Positions 45,799 through 59,687 of a stretch of DNA of 64,000 nt are shown here, piece by piece. The translations under genes were made by a program, and so were the position numbers. Numbering within the stretch: position 1 is the stretch's first letter; the number at the start of each line of letters is the position of its first letter. Origin of the DNA: Octopus vulgaris (Eukaryota); the NCBI GenBank assembly GCA_951406725.2, contig OX597826.1, positions 48,918,001 through 48,982,000 on the forward strand. Direction: 5' to 3'. The notes below the pieces were generated by a model that saw nothing but the letters and a program-made list of their open reading frames with translations, did not search any database and had not been told where the DNA came from.

Positions 45799-45988
45799 AA
45801 TTAAGAAGAGGAATGACCACTAAAGTGGATTCCTTTATGTTAGAGATAGGTGTCAAAACGCCTTACCACAAGGGATTTTGGCATTTGCTGTTTTTTTTTT
45901 TTGAGAACACATACACTGTGGTAAGGCATTTTGACTTCTATCTCTAGCGCATAGGAATCCACTTTAGTGGTCATTCCTCTTATTAATT
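45799..45988. repeat. inverted repeat (~72-bp arms) in a (TA)n-flanked cassette
   Basis: AATTAAGAAGAGGAATGACCACTAAAGTGGATTCCT...ACCACA / TGTGGT...AGGAATCCACTTTAGTGGTCATTCCTCTTATTAATT. Confidence 0.85.
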
Positions 45989-46358
45989 GTAATACATATA
46001 TATATACATATATACATGTACATATGAATATATACATATAAATGTATATACAGATGGTTGGTTGTTTTTGCAGTCAATCAGTGTAAAACGGTAAACCAGT
46101 TGATTAGGCAGACATCTGTCGGTCATTCAACTGGTCATTTATGCGGTCAGCTAGTTAAACAAACTGTCTATAAGCAATGGGAAAGGCCAAAGGTTCAAAT
46201 CCATAGCGATGTGACTCAGATATCTGATGACCAACACAGCAAACATCTGAATAAACTTTCCCTTCTAATTTTTCATTTCTATTCTCTAACCACACACGAT
46301 TATATATACATACATATATATTTATACACACACACACACACATGTATACACACACACT

Positions 46359-46488
<130 letters not shown>

Positions 46489-47992
46489 ATATATATATAT
46501 ATGTGTGTGTATATATGTATGTAAATGTATGTATATGTATATGCATACACTCAAACATCTATGTACATTTACAGATGCAGATGCATGTAATCTTTCTATC
46601 CATTCCACCCTGTCCCATCCCTCCTTACATCTGTCCAGTTGTTATATTAGTTTCACTGCTTTGTTGGTGATACACAGCTCAGCTTCTCACGCCATTGGTG
46701 CTAGCAAGCATGCAGACACATAGCTGCACATATGTACACACATGCACATACATGTACAGCTACAGACACACATGTGGCTACATGTATAGCCACACATACA
46801 GCTACATATGGCCACATAGTCATGTTTGCACACACAAATAGCCACATACACACACACACACACATATGCACACTCACAATCGTACACAGGATTACTTACA
46901 GAGCCAAATATGCATAGCTAAGTACACACACATACAAACAAATACAAATACATGCACACATGCATACACACAAATACAAACATACACACTCATACACACA
47001 CACGTACAACTGAACACACACAGTAACACACATACAAACACAGCCCTCATACACACACACAGCCCTCAAACACACACACAGCCTTGCATACATTCACAGC
47101 CATACACATCCACACACACACACACATGCACTCACATGCTAACACACACACACTCACATATGTACAAGCTAATACATGGAACCACACACGCAAACACAAA
47201 CACACACACACATACGCACACACACATACACACAAACTCATGCACACAGACACACAAACACACACACACACTAAGATTAGAAGCTGTGACCATCATGACA
47301 GCCAGCATTACCAATAATGCAACCTCCACTACCACCTTCACTGCCACCTACACCACCATTTCATCATCCTCATACCACTACAACCACCACCACCACAACT
47401 ACCACCACAACCACCACCACAACCACCACCACCACTGACAAAACCACCACCATCACCACCACTGCCACCACCACAACCACCACCACCACCACCACCACAA
47501 CCAACACTATTATCACAACAAGTATCCCATCACCTACCACCACAAAATCCACCACTGAAACAACAACCACCACCACAACCACTACCTCCAACACAAATGC
47601 CACAACCACCACTACCGAAACCTCCTCAACCACGAACACCATCACAACAGCCACTATCTCAGCCAACACCACCATCAAAACTACCAGCACTACCACCACC
47701 ACCACCACCACAAACACCATAAGGAATCACTGACACCACAGTCTCTACCTCACTGTCAAGCCACCACCACAGCCACTTATATACCACCATCCCCATCATG
47801 GCCATTACTCAAGACCTCTTCATTATTTACTCCCACAGGTTCATTGAAAAGTTATTGATCTCGACTCCTTTTCTAAGGATTCTTTCTTTCTGCTTCCATT
47901 CCGGCACTCATCAAATCTTACCCAGTCATATCTGTCTGTCTGTCTGTCTATTAATCTTTTTCTATTTGGTTCTATGTCTATCTATCTTTCTT

Positions 47993-48034
<42 letters not shown>

Positions 48035-48057
48035 AATATATAAATATATATATATTT

Positions 48058-48360
48058 ATGCGCCCTTTTCAAGCCTAGCCAGGCTCATGGGCCCAGTTTC
48101 CGGTGTCTATGGTATATGTGTTCCCCCCAGCTGGACGGGATGCCAGTCCATCACAGCATTACTCATGAAACAAGAAGAAAGAGTGAGAGAAAGTTGGTGT
48201 GAAAGAGTACAACAGGGGTCACCACCACCCCCTGCCAGACTCTCATGGAACTTTAGGTGTTTTCGCACAATAAACACACACAACGCCTGGTCTGGGAATC
48301 GAAACCGTGATCCTCCGACCGTGAGTCCACTGCCCTAAGCACTGGGTCATTGCGCCTCCA
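48058..48360 (-). mobile_element. tRNA-derived SINE family D, tail type 1
   Basis: head TGGAGGCGCAATGACCCAGTG...GGTTTCGATTCCCAG; tail GATGGACTGGCATCCCGTCCAG. Confidence 0.8.
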
Positions 48361-48394
48361 TATATATATATATATATATATAAATTCCTCACTC

Positions 48395-48430
48395 CTTTCT
48401 GTCGAAGGGCATAGGCTCGAAACATCGAAG
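48395..48430 (+). ncRNA. hammerhead-like motif, CUGUYGA (A6U) family
   Basis: CTTT-CTGTCGA-A-GGGC-ATAG-GCTC-GAAA-CA-TC-GAAG. Confidence 0.55.
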
Positions 48431-48535
48431 CTTTAAACATTATCCCTGAATGTCAAACTAATACATATTGTGTGCTGTTCCCTCACCTGTGTGTCACTTC
48501 CATTTTCTGTTCACTTAGGCCATTTACATATATAC

Positions 48536-48577
<42 letters not shown>

Positions 48578-48669
48578 TGAGATAGGGGTTTCAAATTCAA
48601 CCCTCCATGGGATTGGGTATTATCTGGTAGTTGATAAATGATTTAGATGTATTTCTCCATTTTCTTATT

Positions 48670-48700
<31 letters not shown>

Positions 48701-48718
48701 ATCATCATCATCATCATC

Positions 48719-48777
<59 letters not shown>

Positions 48778-49417
48778 CTTTTCATTTAACGTCCGTTTTC
48801 CATGTTATATATATATATATGGATATTTCCCATCAAGTTGCACCTCCACCCCCTCTTAAGTGCTCACTACATTCACCTCTACCCCTATCTTTAATCATTT
48901 GTCACTCTCCCCTCACGTTCTTATAATTCTCCAACCCTCCTTCCTAGTCCTGATCTGCAGCCACAATCCAATCTTGCTTCTTGAGGGTTTGCTCTCACAC
49001 CCCATCACTACCCTTATCTTCTTCCTAGCCACTCTCACCCACCCTTATGTAATGCAGGGTAGTCATGTCTCTTCTCTGTAGCAAGATACCAGCATATGTC
49101 TGTCTGTCTCTCTTTCTCTCATACTTTAAACCCCTCAACACCAACCATAAAAACTTCACTCTCAAATACACCTCTCCCTTAGTCTAGGGGCTTTTTCCTT
49201 TTACTCTCCTGTTTTGCAAGTTACTTAGTGACCTCACTGATAAGAAAAAAAGTAACCAGTACACACTGTAATATGGTTGGTGTTAGGGAGGGCTTCTAGA
49301 TGGAGAAGCCAGACCAAGAAAGAAACAGGAGCTCAATTATGCACTTCAGTAGATCCAGTCACACTATCCAACCCATGCCAGATTGAAAAATGGATGTTCA
49401 TCTTAATGATGAAGATT

Positions 49418-50281
49418 ATGTGGCTGTGTGGTAAGAAGCTTGCTTCACAACCACCTGGTTTTGTGTTCAGTCCCACTGCATGGCACCTTCGGCAAGTCTC
49501 TTCTACTATAGCCTTGGGGCAACCAAAGTCATGTGAGTGGATTTGGTTGACGGAAACTGAAAGAAGCCCATTGTGTGTGTATACATATATAAACTGATAA
49601 GAGTATATATTAGATCTTGATCTTAGCCATGTATGTATGTGTTTGTATATGTTTGCGTGTCTGTGTTTGTCCCCACCGACATTGTTTGACAACTGATGAT
49701 CGTGTGTTTACGTCCATGTAACTTAACGGTTTGGCAAAACAGGCCAGTAGAATAAGTACTAGGCTTACAAAGAATAAGTCTAGACATCATTTGTTCAATT
49801 AAAGGTGGTGCTTCAGCATAAGCATAGTCAAATGACTGAAACAAGTGAAATAAATTATATATATATACTCTTTACTCTTTACTCTTATAATTGTTTCAGT
49901 CATTTGACTGCGGCCATGCTGGAGCACCGCCTTTAGTCGAGCAAATCGACCCCGGGACTTATTTTTGTAAGCCCAGTACTTATTCTATCGGTCTCCTTTT
50001 GCCGAACTGCTAAATGACGGGGCCGTAAACACACCAGCATCGGTTGTCAAGCAATGCTAGGGGGACAAACACAGACACACAAACACATACACATACATAT
50101 ATATATATACATATATACGACAGGCTTCTTTCAGTTTCCGTCTACTAAATCCACTGACAAGGCATTGGTCGGCCCGGGGCTATAGCAGAAGACACTTGCC
50201 CAAGATGCCACGCAGTGGGACTGAACCTGGAACCATGTGGCTGGTTAGCAAGCTACTTACCACACAACCACTCCTGCGCCT
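49418..50281. mobile_element. convergent pair of SINE family A copies
   Basis: 49418-49848 (+) and 49867-50281 (-). Confidence 0.85.
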
Positions 50282-50467
50282 GTGTTTATATATATACACA
50301 TACATATATATATATATACATATAGATATATACATACATTAATACATATCACAGTACACCTGTCACAGTTTATTATTTAAGCTTACATCAATTTCTCCAT
50401 GGTGTTGTTTTGCATTTATAATAAGATATATATAGATATATATGCAAATTATGGAAAAAAAAATATA

Positions 50468-50554
50468 CAGTACAATACTGTTCCTACTTCACGGATTTTC
50501 ACCTATCGAGGAGGGTTTTGAAATGTAATACCCGCGATAGTCAAGGGGTTACTG
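50468..50554 (-). mobile_element. Tigger/pogo-type MITE fragment
   Basis: minus strand TA-CAGTAACCCCTTGACTATCGCGGG...; ends TACTG-TA. Confidence 0.6.
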
Positions 50555-50605
50555 TATATATATATCCATGCTAGCACAGAAGGCAGATATTAAATATGAG
50601 GATGA

Positions 50606-50656
<51 letters not shown>

Positions 50657-50682
50657 TAGGCTTACAAAGCCTATATATATAT

Positions 50683-50828
50683 TTTTCTGTGTATCTTTCT
50701 GTTGAAGAGCGTAGGCTCGAAACGTAAAAGACTTGTTTTATCTATATTCCTGAGCGCCATACTAATACAATTGTTTGTTTGTATTCCACTTGCCTTCGTC
50801 TTTTGTTTATTTTTATAAAGCTTCCCGT

Positions 50829-50865
<37 letters not shown>

Positions 50866-51122
50866 GTATATGAAGATATAGATATAGAAGATATTTTCAT
50901 TGTGTTGAAACATTAATCTTTACACATTTTTTCTCTCTCCATTTTTTTACTTTCTCTCTCTGTTTTTTTTCTTTATTTTATTTTGTTCCTCTCATTCCTT
51001 TCTGTTGAAGAGCATAGGCTCTAAATGTCAAAGACTTCTCCATTCTTCCCAAGCATTAAACTAATACACCTGCTTCTTGTTTCTTCACCTGTCTTCGTCT
51101 TTTGTTTTCTATAAATTTGAAC

Positions 51123-51158
<36 letters not shown>

Positions 51159-51330
51159 CATCTCTCCATCTTTTCTTTCCTCATTCCTTTCAATAGAAGA
51201 GCATGGGCTCGAAACATCAAAGACTCTCCCATTTTTCCTGAGTGCCAAAATAATACACCTTGTTTGTTGTTTTCTAACTTGTCTCTGTCATCTGTTTTTT
51301 TTATTTATGTACAATTTTGAACCATTTATT
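50683..51330 (+). mobile_element. three tandem short retrozyme-like monomers separated by (TA)n
   Basis: each has an HHR-like motif followed by a homologous ..CTAATACA..GTCTTTTG tail. Confidence 0.7.
50694..50731 (+). ncRNA. minimal hammerhead-like ribozyme, A6U core
   Basis: stem I TCTTT/AAAGA; CTGTTGA; A; GAGC-GTAG-GCTC; GAAA; palindromic ACGT; GUA site; decayed copies at 50998-51033 and 51187-51222. Confidence 0.65.
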
Positions 51331-51372
51331 TACATGTATGTGCATGTGTGTGTGTGTGTGTGTGTGTGTGTT

Positions 51373-51425
<53 letters not shown>

Positions 51426-51451
51426 ATATATTTGTATGTATGTATATATAG

Positions 51452-51834
51452 TGGAGGTGCAATGGCCCAGTGGCTAGCGCAGTGGACTCACGGTCATAGG
51501 AGATCGCAGTTTTGATTCCCAGACAGGGCATTGTGAGTGTTTATTGAGCGAAATATACCCAAAGCATCACGAGGCTCTGGCAGAGGGTGGTGACAAACCC
51601 TGCTGTACTCCTTCACCACAACTTTCTCTTAATCTCTCTTTCTGTTTCTCTTGTACCTGTATTTCAAAAGGCCACCTTTGTCACACTCTGTATCACGCTG
51701 AATCTCCCTGGGAACTATGTTAAGGTTACACATGACTGTAGAGTGCTCAGCAACTTGCACGTTAACTTCATGAGCAGGCTGTTCTGTTAATTGGATCAAC
51801 TGGAACCCATGTCGTCGTAACCGACGGAGTGCCA
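51452..51834 (+). mobile_element. tRNA-derived SINE family D, tail type 2
   Basis: same head as 48058-48360 with an unrelated 3' tail ending CGTAACCGACGGAGTGCCA. Confidence 0.8.
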
Positions 51835-52010
51835 TGATACATATCATCATCATCATCATCATCATCATCGCTTAACGTCTGTTTTCCATGCTAGCATGGG
51901 TTGGACGGTTCAACCAGGGTCTGGGAAGCCAGAAGGCTGCACCAGGCTCCAGTCTGATCTGGCAATATATATATATAAGTATATATATATATATAAGTAT
52001 ATATATATAC

Positions 52011-52063
<53 letters not shown>

Positions 52064-52156
52064 TACACAAACACCTCCACAATCTCTGGTGGCATCTGTA
52101 GGACTTATTTTAGTGTACCAACTATGCCTCCATGTAAAATGATCATCTTAATTACG

Positions 52157-52200
<44 letters not shown>

Positions 52201-53988
52201 CATACACACACACACACACACACGCACACATACACACACATACACATATATTATATAAAACATCTGTTGAAAGCTACTTTTTCTCCTTTTGAAATAAAAG
52301 AACACCCTGTCCAGTAATATATACATTGTATATTTCATTTGTTCCCAAAACAGCAGCAGTTTTCTTAGACACACACACATACATATACACATATACACAC
52401 ATATATATACACATATACACACATATATAGACATATGATTTTTATTGTGGTTTCTTTCTTTTTCCCAAGTGTAAGAACAATATCTCCAAACGTATTGTTC
52501 AACACTTTGTTCAACTCTATTGTTCTTCTTCTTATTCTTATTCTTCTTGTAATGTTTTATGCTGTTTGGCTGAGTGGTGGGTGGGCGGTGTTGGTGGGGG
52601 GTTTCTTATTTTTTTATTCCCTTTTATTGTGTTTGTTATTTATTTCATCTTATTTTTTTCTTTTTAAATTTGGTTATCATTTTTTTCCCCTTTAACATTG
52701 TTTTTCATTTTTTTAATTTTTTTTTACATGTTTCTTATATTTTTGTTTTGTTTTAGTGTTACTTTCTTTTTCTGTGGTTTTTTTTTTCCATTTTTGCTTC
52801 GTATGTATTGTTTCATTTGACAAAACATTAAATTTATAATGCCACACACACACACACACACACATGCATACATGCATGTATATACACCCACTCATTTAAC
52901 TATGTAACTATATACATATATGTGGGTATGAGTGTGTGAATGTATGTGTGTGTATGTATATGTGTGTGTTTATATATTTAAATATATTTGTATGTATGTT
53001 CATGTACATATATATATATATATATGGGGGGGGGTGAATGTGGGGGGTGCGTGTGTGTGTATGAGTGTGAGCATAAAAATATATATACCTATGCTTACAT
53101 CTATACATATGCATATGTATGCATATATATATGTATACATACACACAAGTACATAAACACGGTGTGTGTTCATCCACAAGATATGCCTATGCATGCATGT
53201 ATATACACTCATATATATATACATACATAGTATGTATATATAGATACACATACTCACACATATATATGTATACAAAGAGACATGCATACATACCTGCACA
53301 TATATATTTGCATGTATATGTGTATGTAATATGTATGTGTGTGTATCATATATATATGTATCTATATATGTATGTATGGATCTGTGTAGCTATGTATGTG
53401 TATGTATGCATGTATGTATGTGAGTGTATGCATATATGATTGCATGTATGAGTGTGTCTATGTATTTATGTATGCATGTATGTACGTATGTATGTATGCA
53501 CATGTATACGTCTATATGCATGTATGAGTATGTCTGTCTGTCTGTCTGTATATATGTATGTATGTATGTATGTACATGTATATGTATATATGCATGTATG
53601 TATGAGTGCATGTATGTATGTATTTCTCACTAACAATTATATTCAAAAAAGTCAATGATCATAAAATAGAGAAAGAAAAGATTTTAAAAAATAAAATAAC
53701 ATATAAAAAAATAAACACTTTTTCTCTATTGTTGGGCTGTAAGGTTTTCAATTATTGTTATTGTTTGTTGTTGGTGTTGTTGCTGCTGTAACTGTTACAC
53801 AAAAGAATAGGTATTGGCAGAGAGGAATTGAAACTCAATGCCCTCACACACACAGGTACACACACACACATATTCACACACACATGCATGCATGGACATA
53901 TCTTGTGGATGAACATGTGCATGTATACATACATATGCACATACAAATATAATTACCTTTATATATACATGCATGCATATATATGTAT

Positions 53989-54024
<36 letters not shown>

Positions 54025-54026
54025 GT

Positions 54027-54084
<58 letters not shown>

Positions 54085-54172
54085 ATGTATATATATTATA
54101 TATAGATATATATATACATATATATATATACATATATACATATGCACATATATATATAGATATATATATACA

Positions 54173-54218
<46 letters not shown>

Positions 54219-55084
54219 TATACATATATATACGCATACTATGCATATATATATACATACCATTGCATATATACGTAATAATCAGACGTGTTGATAGAGC
54301 CATCTTCACTGACGATTGCTATCTCCTTGTGCTCTGCAATGTCAAAAGCATTTCTGACTTTCCAGTCATGACCTCTTAGATGACTATTCAGGCCCAGAAC
54401 TGCATGGTTTGAAGCATAGGTGACAGATGAAAGTTTTAACTTATTGTGCACTTCCAACAGTCTAGGTCGGTATATATCACCACCCCTCAATCACCAAAGT
54501 ACTCTCAGTAGATGGGATGACAAATGAGGTTACCATAAAGAGACATCTGTCCATCATTGGATTATGGCAATAAACGCTTGTAGAACATGAGTACCACTCT
54601 CTGAGTCTCTGTGATTAACACCTAGCGACAGGCCAAAGTGAGATGACAAGTAATCACAAGAAATGACAGGTGTTGCATGGCAGTGTCCTTCTCCTAGAAG
54701 GATGCTGTGACAACAGTAAGGAGTCCGTCACTCCCAGTATTTTTGCTGCTCGCTCTGACACCTACTAAGGGTATTTTTGCATCCCCATGCTCAGATGGAT
54801 TGTCATCCCATAAGGTAGTTAACCCACAGCTGGGACTCTGATAGATGCTACTATTCTGGGTCAGAGTAGACTTAGAGTAGAAGCACCTTCTGGTAGTGGA
54901 GCTCTAATTCAGGAATGCTAAGATTTTGAAGAGTCTGGAACCATCTCTTTGCCAATTTTGTTCTCACATACATACATACATACATACATATATACATGCA
55001 TACATACATACATACACACATATACATGTTTTCCTAAATCAGTGATGATGGAATTTGTCTTAGTCTGTGGTTGCCAGTGGGTGC

Positions 55085-55210
55085 TTGCAACTGATGAAGC
55101 CCAAAAATAGCATCAAAAGACATTACACAGGCATGACAGTCAATAGTTTTAAGGAAAGGTATATGCGGCATATGCAATCCATCAAGGGAAAAGATAACAA
55201 AAACTCTGTC
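55085..55210 (+). pseudogene. Penelope-like element GIY-YIG endonuclease fragment
   Basis: KRHYTGMTVNSFKERYMRHMQSIKGKDNKNS fits the PLE pattern Y(I)GxTxxxFKxRxxxHxxS. Confidence 0.65.
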
Positions 55211-55360
55211 TATCCTGATTCATTCGGAGGTCACATGACTATCAGAATGACTTCCGAAACATTATATGAAATATCATTGACAGAGTACTTCACCTTACTC
55301 GCCTGGAACTTGCAATTGCCAACTCATTCTCTGTGAGAGACTACACCTACTCAATCTACT

Positions 55361-55573
55361 GGCAAGCTGGCAGAAACGTTAGCACGCCAGGCAAAATGCT
55401 TAGCGATATTTCATCTGCCGTTACGTTCTGAGTTCAAATTTGCTTTTCATCCTTTCGGGGTCGATAAATTAAGTACCAGTTACGCACTGGGGTCGATGTA
55501 ATCGACTTAATCCCTTTGTCTGTCCTTGTTTGTCCCCTCTATGTTTATCCCCTTGTGGACAATAAAGAAATAA
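55361..55573 (+). mobile_element. SINE family B with TSD
   Basis: duplicated AATCTACTGGCA flanks. Confidence 0.9.
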
Positions 55574-56367
55574 ATCTACTGGCAGTATCCATCAACAGGA
55601 AGAATGAGCTATCTATCTTAGAGTTGCCACTAGAGAAATGCCCTGTGAATGAGCTTCAAGTAACTAGCAGATGGCAATCCTGATGTAGTACCATAGGGCT
55701 AGCACTCTGCAAAAACACACACACTAAGGTAAAGTATTTAATTTCTGCCACCTATATAGACGACAGCCCACCTATGTTGATCAGCCAACTTCAGTTATAA
55801 CCAAACATCACAAATTTGGTAATATGCTGCTGATAATGTGTTCATAAACTGCTGAACGAGAACTGAGCTACTGACCCATGCCAGTATTCTACCCTTCCAT
55901 GTGCTGTCTCCAATGCAAGGAACTGATATCACTAAGCATACTATACAGCAACCTGCCACCCACAATGCAGCAATATCCTGTCTGAGCATGAGGGCCTAAA
56001 AGTGAAAAAACGTTGTTGTAGTCACTTTCATAATATTAACAATTTGACAAGTTTGTATGACCACTCTGTTTATGTATATAAACCCAAAACCCATACACAC
56101 ACACACACACACACTAAGACAGAAGAGACACAGAGAGGCAGTGAGACAGACACACAAGCAGAAAGATAGCTGGACAAATAGAAGACAAACAGACAGATAA
56201 ATAGATAGAGAGATAGATAGAGAGATAGATATATGGGTAAATAGATGGATAGATAGATAGATAGTGAGAATTTACAAAAAACAAACAAAACAACAAAACA
56301 AAAGATGAAGAAGGGTATGTAAACAACAAGCAGATGTATTAGTTTAACGCTCAGGACGTAAGAAAGT

Positions 56368-56403
56368 CTTTTATGTTTCGAGCATATGCTCTTCAACAGA
56401 AAG
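56368..56403 (-). ncRNA. hammerhead-like motif, A6U family
   Basis: minus strand CTTT-CTGTTGA-A-GAGC-ATAT-GCTC-GAAA-CA-TA-AAAG. Confidence 0.6.
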
Positions 56404-56477
56404 GAACACAGAAATAAACAGGGAGAGAAAATAGAAAAAAAGTATAGTGGCTAGCAATCTAGATTAATAGATAGATT

Positions 56478-56531
<54 letters not shown>

Positions 56532-57433
56532 TTTTTCAGTTTCTGTCAACCATATCCACTCACAAGTCTTCAGTTGGCCCAGGGTTATAGTAAAAGACAC
56601 CTGCCCAAGGTTCTGCAATGTAGTTTGAAGGGACAGAACTTCAGACTACATTGTCGGGGAGCAAACCTCTTAACCACACTGTCAGTCTTGGGTGTGTTGT
56701 GTGAATGAGCAAAAATGTTGACATTCTATGGATTCACTTGAGCAAAACAGTGAATGTTGTTTACATTCCTTGTTGACATGATTTGTCACTCTGCCCTTTC
56801 ATAGGTCTGTAGGATAAGAAAACTTTTACTTGGAAAACAGGAATGGTGGTGAAAGGAAGAGCATTCTTGTCTTCAATATGTCCTCATCAAACCCATGCTA
56901 GCTTGGTGAAATAGATGTTAAACACACAGCAAATATAGATAGATAGATAGATAGATAGATCGATAGATAGACAAACACATTGATAGATAGACAAATGGAT
57001 ACACATACACACTGACACACACACTCACACATACACACACACACACACACAGATGTATATGTATATGCCTGTGTGCATATATATAAGAATATGCATATAT
57101 ATGATATATATACCTATATACATATAAACATACAACTGAAGACACACACACATATGCATTTAGTACAGCAGTGTGTGTGTGTGTGTGTAATATGTATATA
57201 TTCACACATACATACATACGCACACATATAGTTATATAGTGCCAGCATACATGAAAAACATACAAATGCATACACACACACACACACACTTACCATACAA
57301 AGGCAAACTGGTGTTCTTTCACTAAGGAAAAGGTGAGTGACACAGAGTTTGCGATACTGCTTAACATTGAAAGAAAGATCTACTTACCTGTAGGAATGGC
57401 AACACCTGGAGAAAGAAGCATTCTTACACACAT

Positions 57434-57467
<34 letters not shown>

Positions 57468-57717
57468 TAACACAAGTCCATTTAAGCACACACATCTAGT
57501 CACTGATACATATACACAATTGTTATAAACACAATTGTCTTTGTGTGTGGGATGAGAATATAGGTAACTATGTCATTTAATCCATTGCATGGCTTTGTGT
57601 CAGTACATCTCTGTGAATACCAGTGATATATGAGGACCTTGAAGCAGATTTATCCATTATCTGTCTCTTGCTTTCTCAATATATCAATCTTTCTGTATGT
57701 GTATATGTATATATATA

Positions 57718-58140
57718 TTGTTGTTGTTGGCATCCTTTTGACTCTGGAGACAATGGAGTGGCACATAAACTAATCCAGTCTGGTTTTAACATTTCATGCC
57801 ATCTCCAGTTTTGCGCAGGCCTGGGCTAGATGTAAGGAAATCCTGGGTAGCCCAATCGTTAGGAATCCTCCCTCAACCTTGCTGATGTAGCCCAAAGGAC
57901 TGCACAGCATTACATTTGGCACCAGCTTGGTTGCAGGAGCTTCCGGAAGAGTGTCGAATCGAACACTAATCCACTTACAGGGCTCCACTCTGGATTTCTT
58001 TGACGCTTGTCTCCTCTTCGTAACCCTAGATAGGGGCCCATACCAGGTACTGTCAGTCGGAGCCAGCTGAGCCTGGGACTCATGTCAGGCAGGGTCGTCA
58101 CTCCCTGAAGTAGTGAAGAAAATCGCTACCCACTACCTGT
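57718..58140 (-). mobile_element. GC-richer short retroposon with (CAA)n tail, possibly RTE-derived
   Basis: minus strand ends GGATGCCAACAACAACAA; no ORF; flanked by microsatellites. Confidence 0.45.
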
Positions 58141-58141
58141 G

Positions 58142-58175
<34 letters not shown>

Positions 58176-58518
58176 TAAATATATATATATATATACACAC
58201 ATATATTTATATATATGCTCTTCCTCTCACCACCATTCCTGATTACTATGCATAAAATACAAAATGTTGGATTTTTTTTGTAGATTAGGTAGGCATTATT
58301 TGCACCTGCTTTTCAGTTTCAGTAATTAAGGTACACATAGTACTGCTGTAATACACATGCTGCATACACTCCTACAACACCGTTTTCTTTACGTGCTATA
58401 AAGGCAGAAGTAAATCAGCCTTCAAGTCAGTCACGCACCTATGTACATAAAGGTCACCAACTGACAAGCCTGAGTAATTACTGATGACACGTGCTTGATA
58501 TATATATATATATATATA

Positions 58519-58555
<37 letters not shown>

Positions 58556-58696
58556 TTATATATATGTTCAGCAAAAATTTAGATTCAAATGAATATGGTA
58601 CTTAATTTAGATGCACCAGAATTTTGTATGGTGTTATCCATAAGAATCCGTGGGGTGATTATAATCAAAATAAGCAACAAGAATGACTCTGGTAAT

Positions 58697-58782
58697 TTGG
58701 TACGATCGTTTCATACTACATCATTTTATTAAATGTTGTAAGTATTACAACAGATTTAAGATGCTGAGTACTCATCAGCCAA
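58697..58782 (-). ncRNA. type I hammerhead ribozyme (inverted copy)
   Basis: reverse complement of 58918-59003 with one C>T that gives a G-U pair in stem II. Confidence 0.8.
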
Positions 58783-58917
58783 TTATAGAGGTTTTCCATT
58801 AATCACTACCTCATATGTTCTTAAAATTTAAATCCACATCTTTGTCTGTATATCTACCTTCTCTATAATGTTGCCACTTGATTTGAAAATGTTTGTATTA
58901 ATGGAAAACCTATTTAA

Positions 58918-59003
58918 TTGGCTGATGAGTACTCAGCATCTTAAATCTGTTGTAATACTTACAACATTTAATAAAATGATGTAGTACGAAACGATCGTAC
59001 CAA
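58918..59003 (+). ncRNA. canonical type I hammerhead ribozyme with extended stem II
   Basis: stem I TTGG/CCAA; CTGATGA 58922-58928; stem II GTACT/AGTAC enclosing TGTTGTAA-TAC-TTACAACA; GAAA; palindromic CGATCG; GUA site at 58999. Confidence 0.85.
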
Positions 59004-59610
59004 ATTACCGGAGTCATTCTTGTTGCTTATTTTGATTATTTATATATATGTATATAAAGTCATAAATGACAGAGAAATAGATTGTTGAACTTTTATTTAA
59101 CAATAAGAAAATTCTAATACCATAACAAATTGTTTCGTAACCTAAAAACATGTAAATAATTTATATTATTACTAGTACGATCCATATAAATTCCACAGAA
59201 TGGGAAAAATTAAGAGGACCTCTTTAAGAAACAAAGGATGATTTGCATTTTTATAGTATTTTATAGTTTAGCTTTTTTTAAATATTCTTCAAGTTTGACT
59301 ACATTCAGTTCCTCACATCTCCATCGGAATTGGTTTTTACCGCTTTTATTATATCTTCTCAATGTTCCTCTCCGATCTGAGCTTTATGTCTGCACTTCCT
59401 TTCTCAGCAGCTTGCAGCCATGTTTCTTGTGAATCCAAAGTTTAGGCTAAATTGTCCCTTATAAACAAACATCAATTTTTTTTAAGCGAGCAGATGATAA
59501 ATAATTGCACTTATGCACATGCATTAAGTGATGGTCACTATATAAAACTAATCAGTTCAATAAAGAAAAAATTTTTACTATCAACACACCACTACGACCA
59601 CCGCTATCTG

Positions 59611-59687
<77 letters not shown>

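Larger units (their letters stand above)
58661..59039. mobile_element. Penelope-like cassette with ~143-bp inverted repeat, an HHR in each arm
   Basis: 58661-58803 is the reverse complement of 58897-59039; (TA)n flanks. Confidence 0.8.

Noticed and set aside
54290-54900. 83-aa minus-strand ORF (..[10 protein letters not shown]..)
   Set aside because: Only vague resemblance to a LINE C-terminus; insufficient for a call
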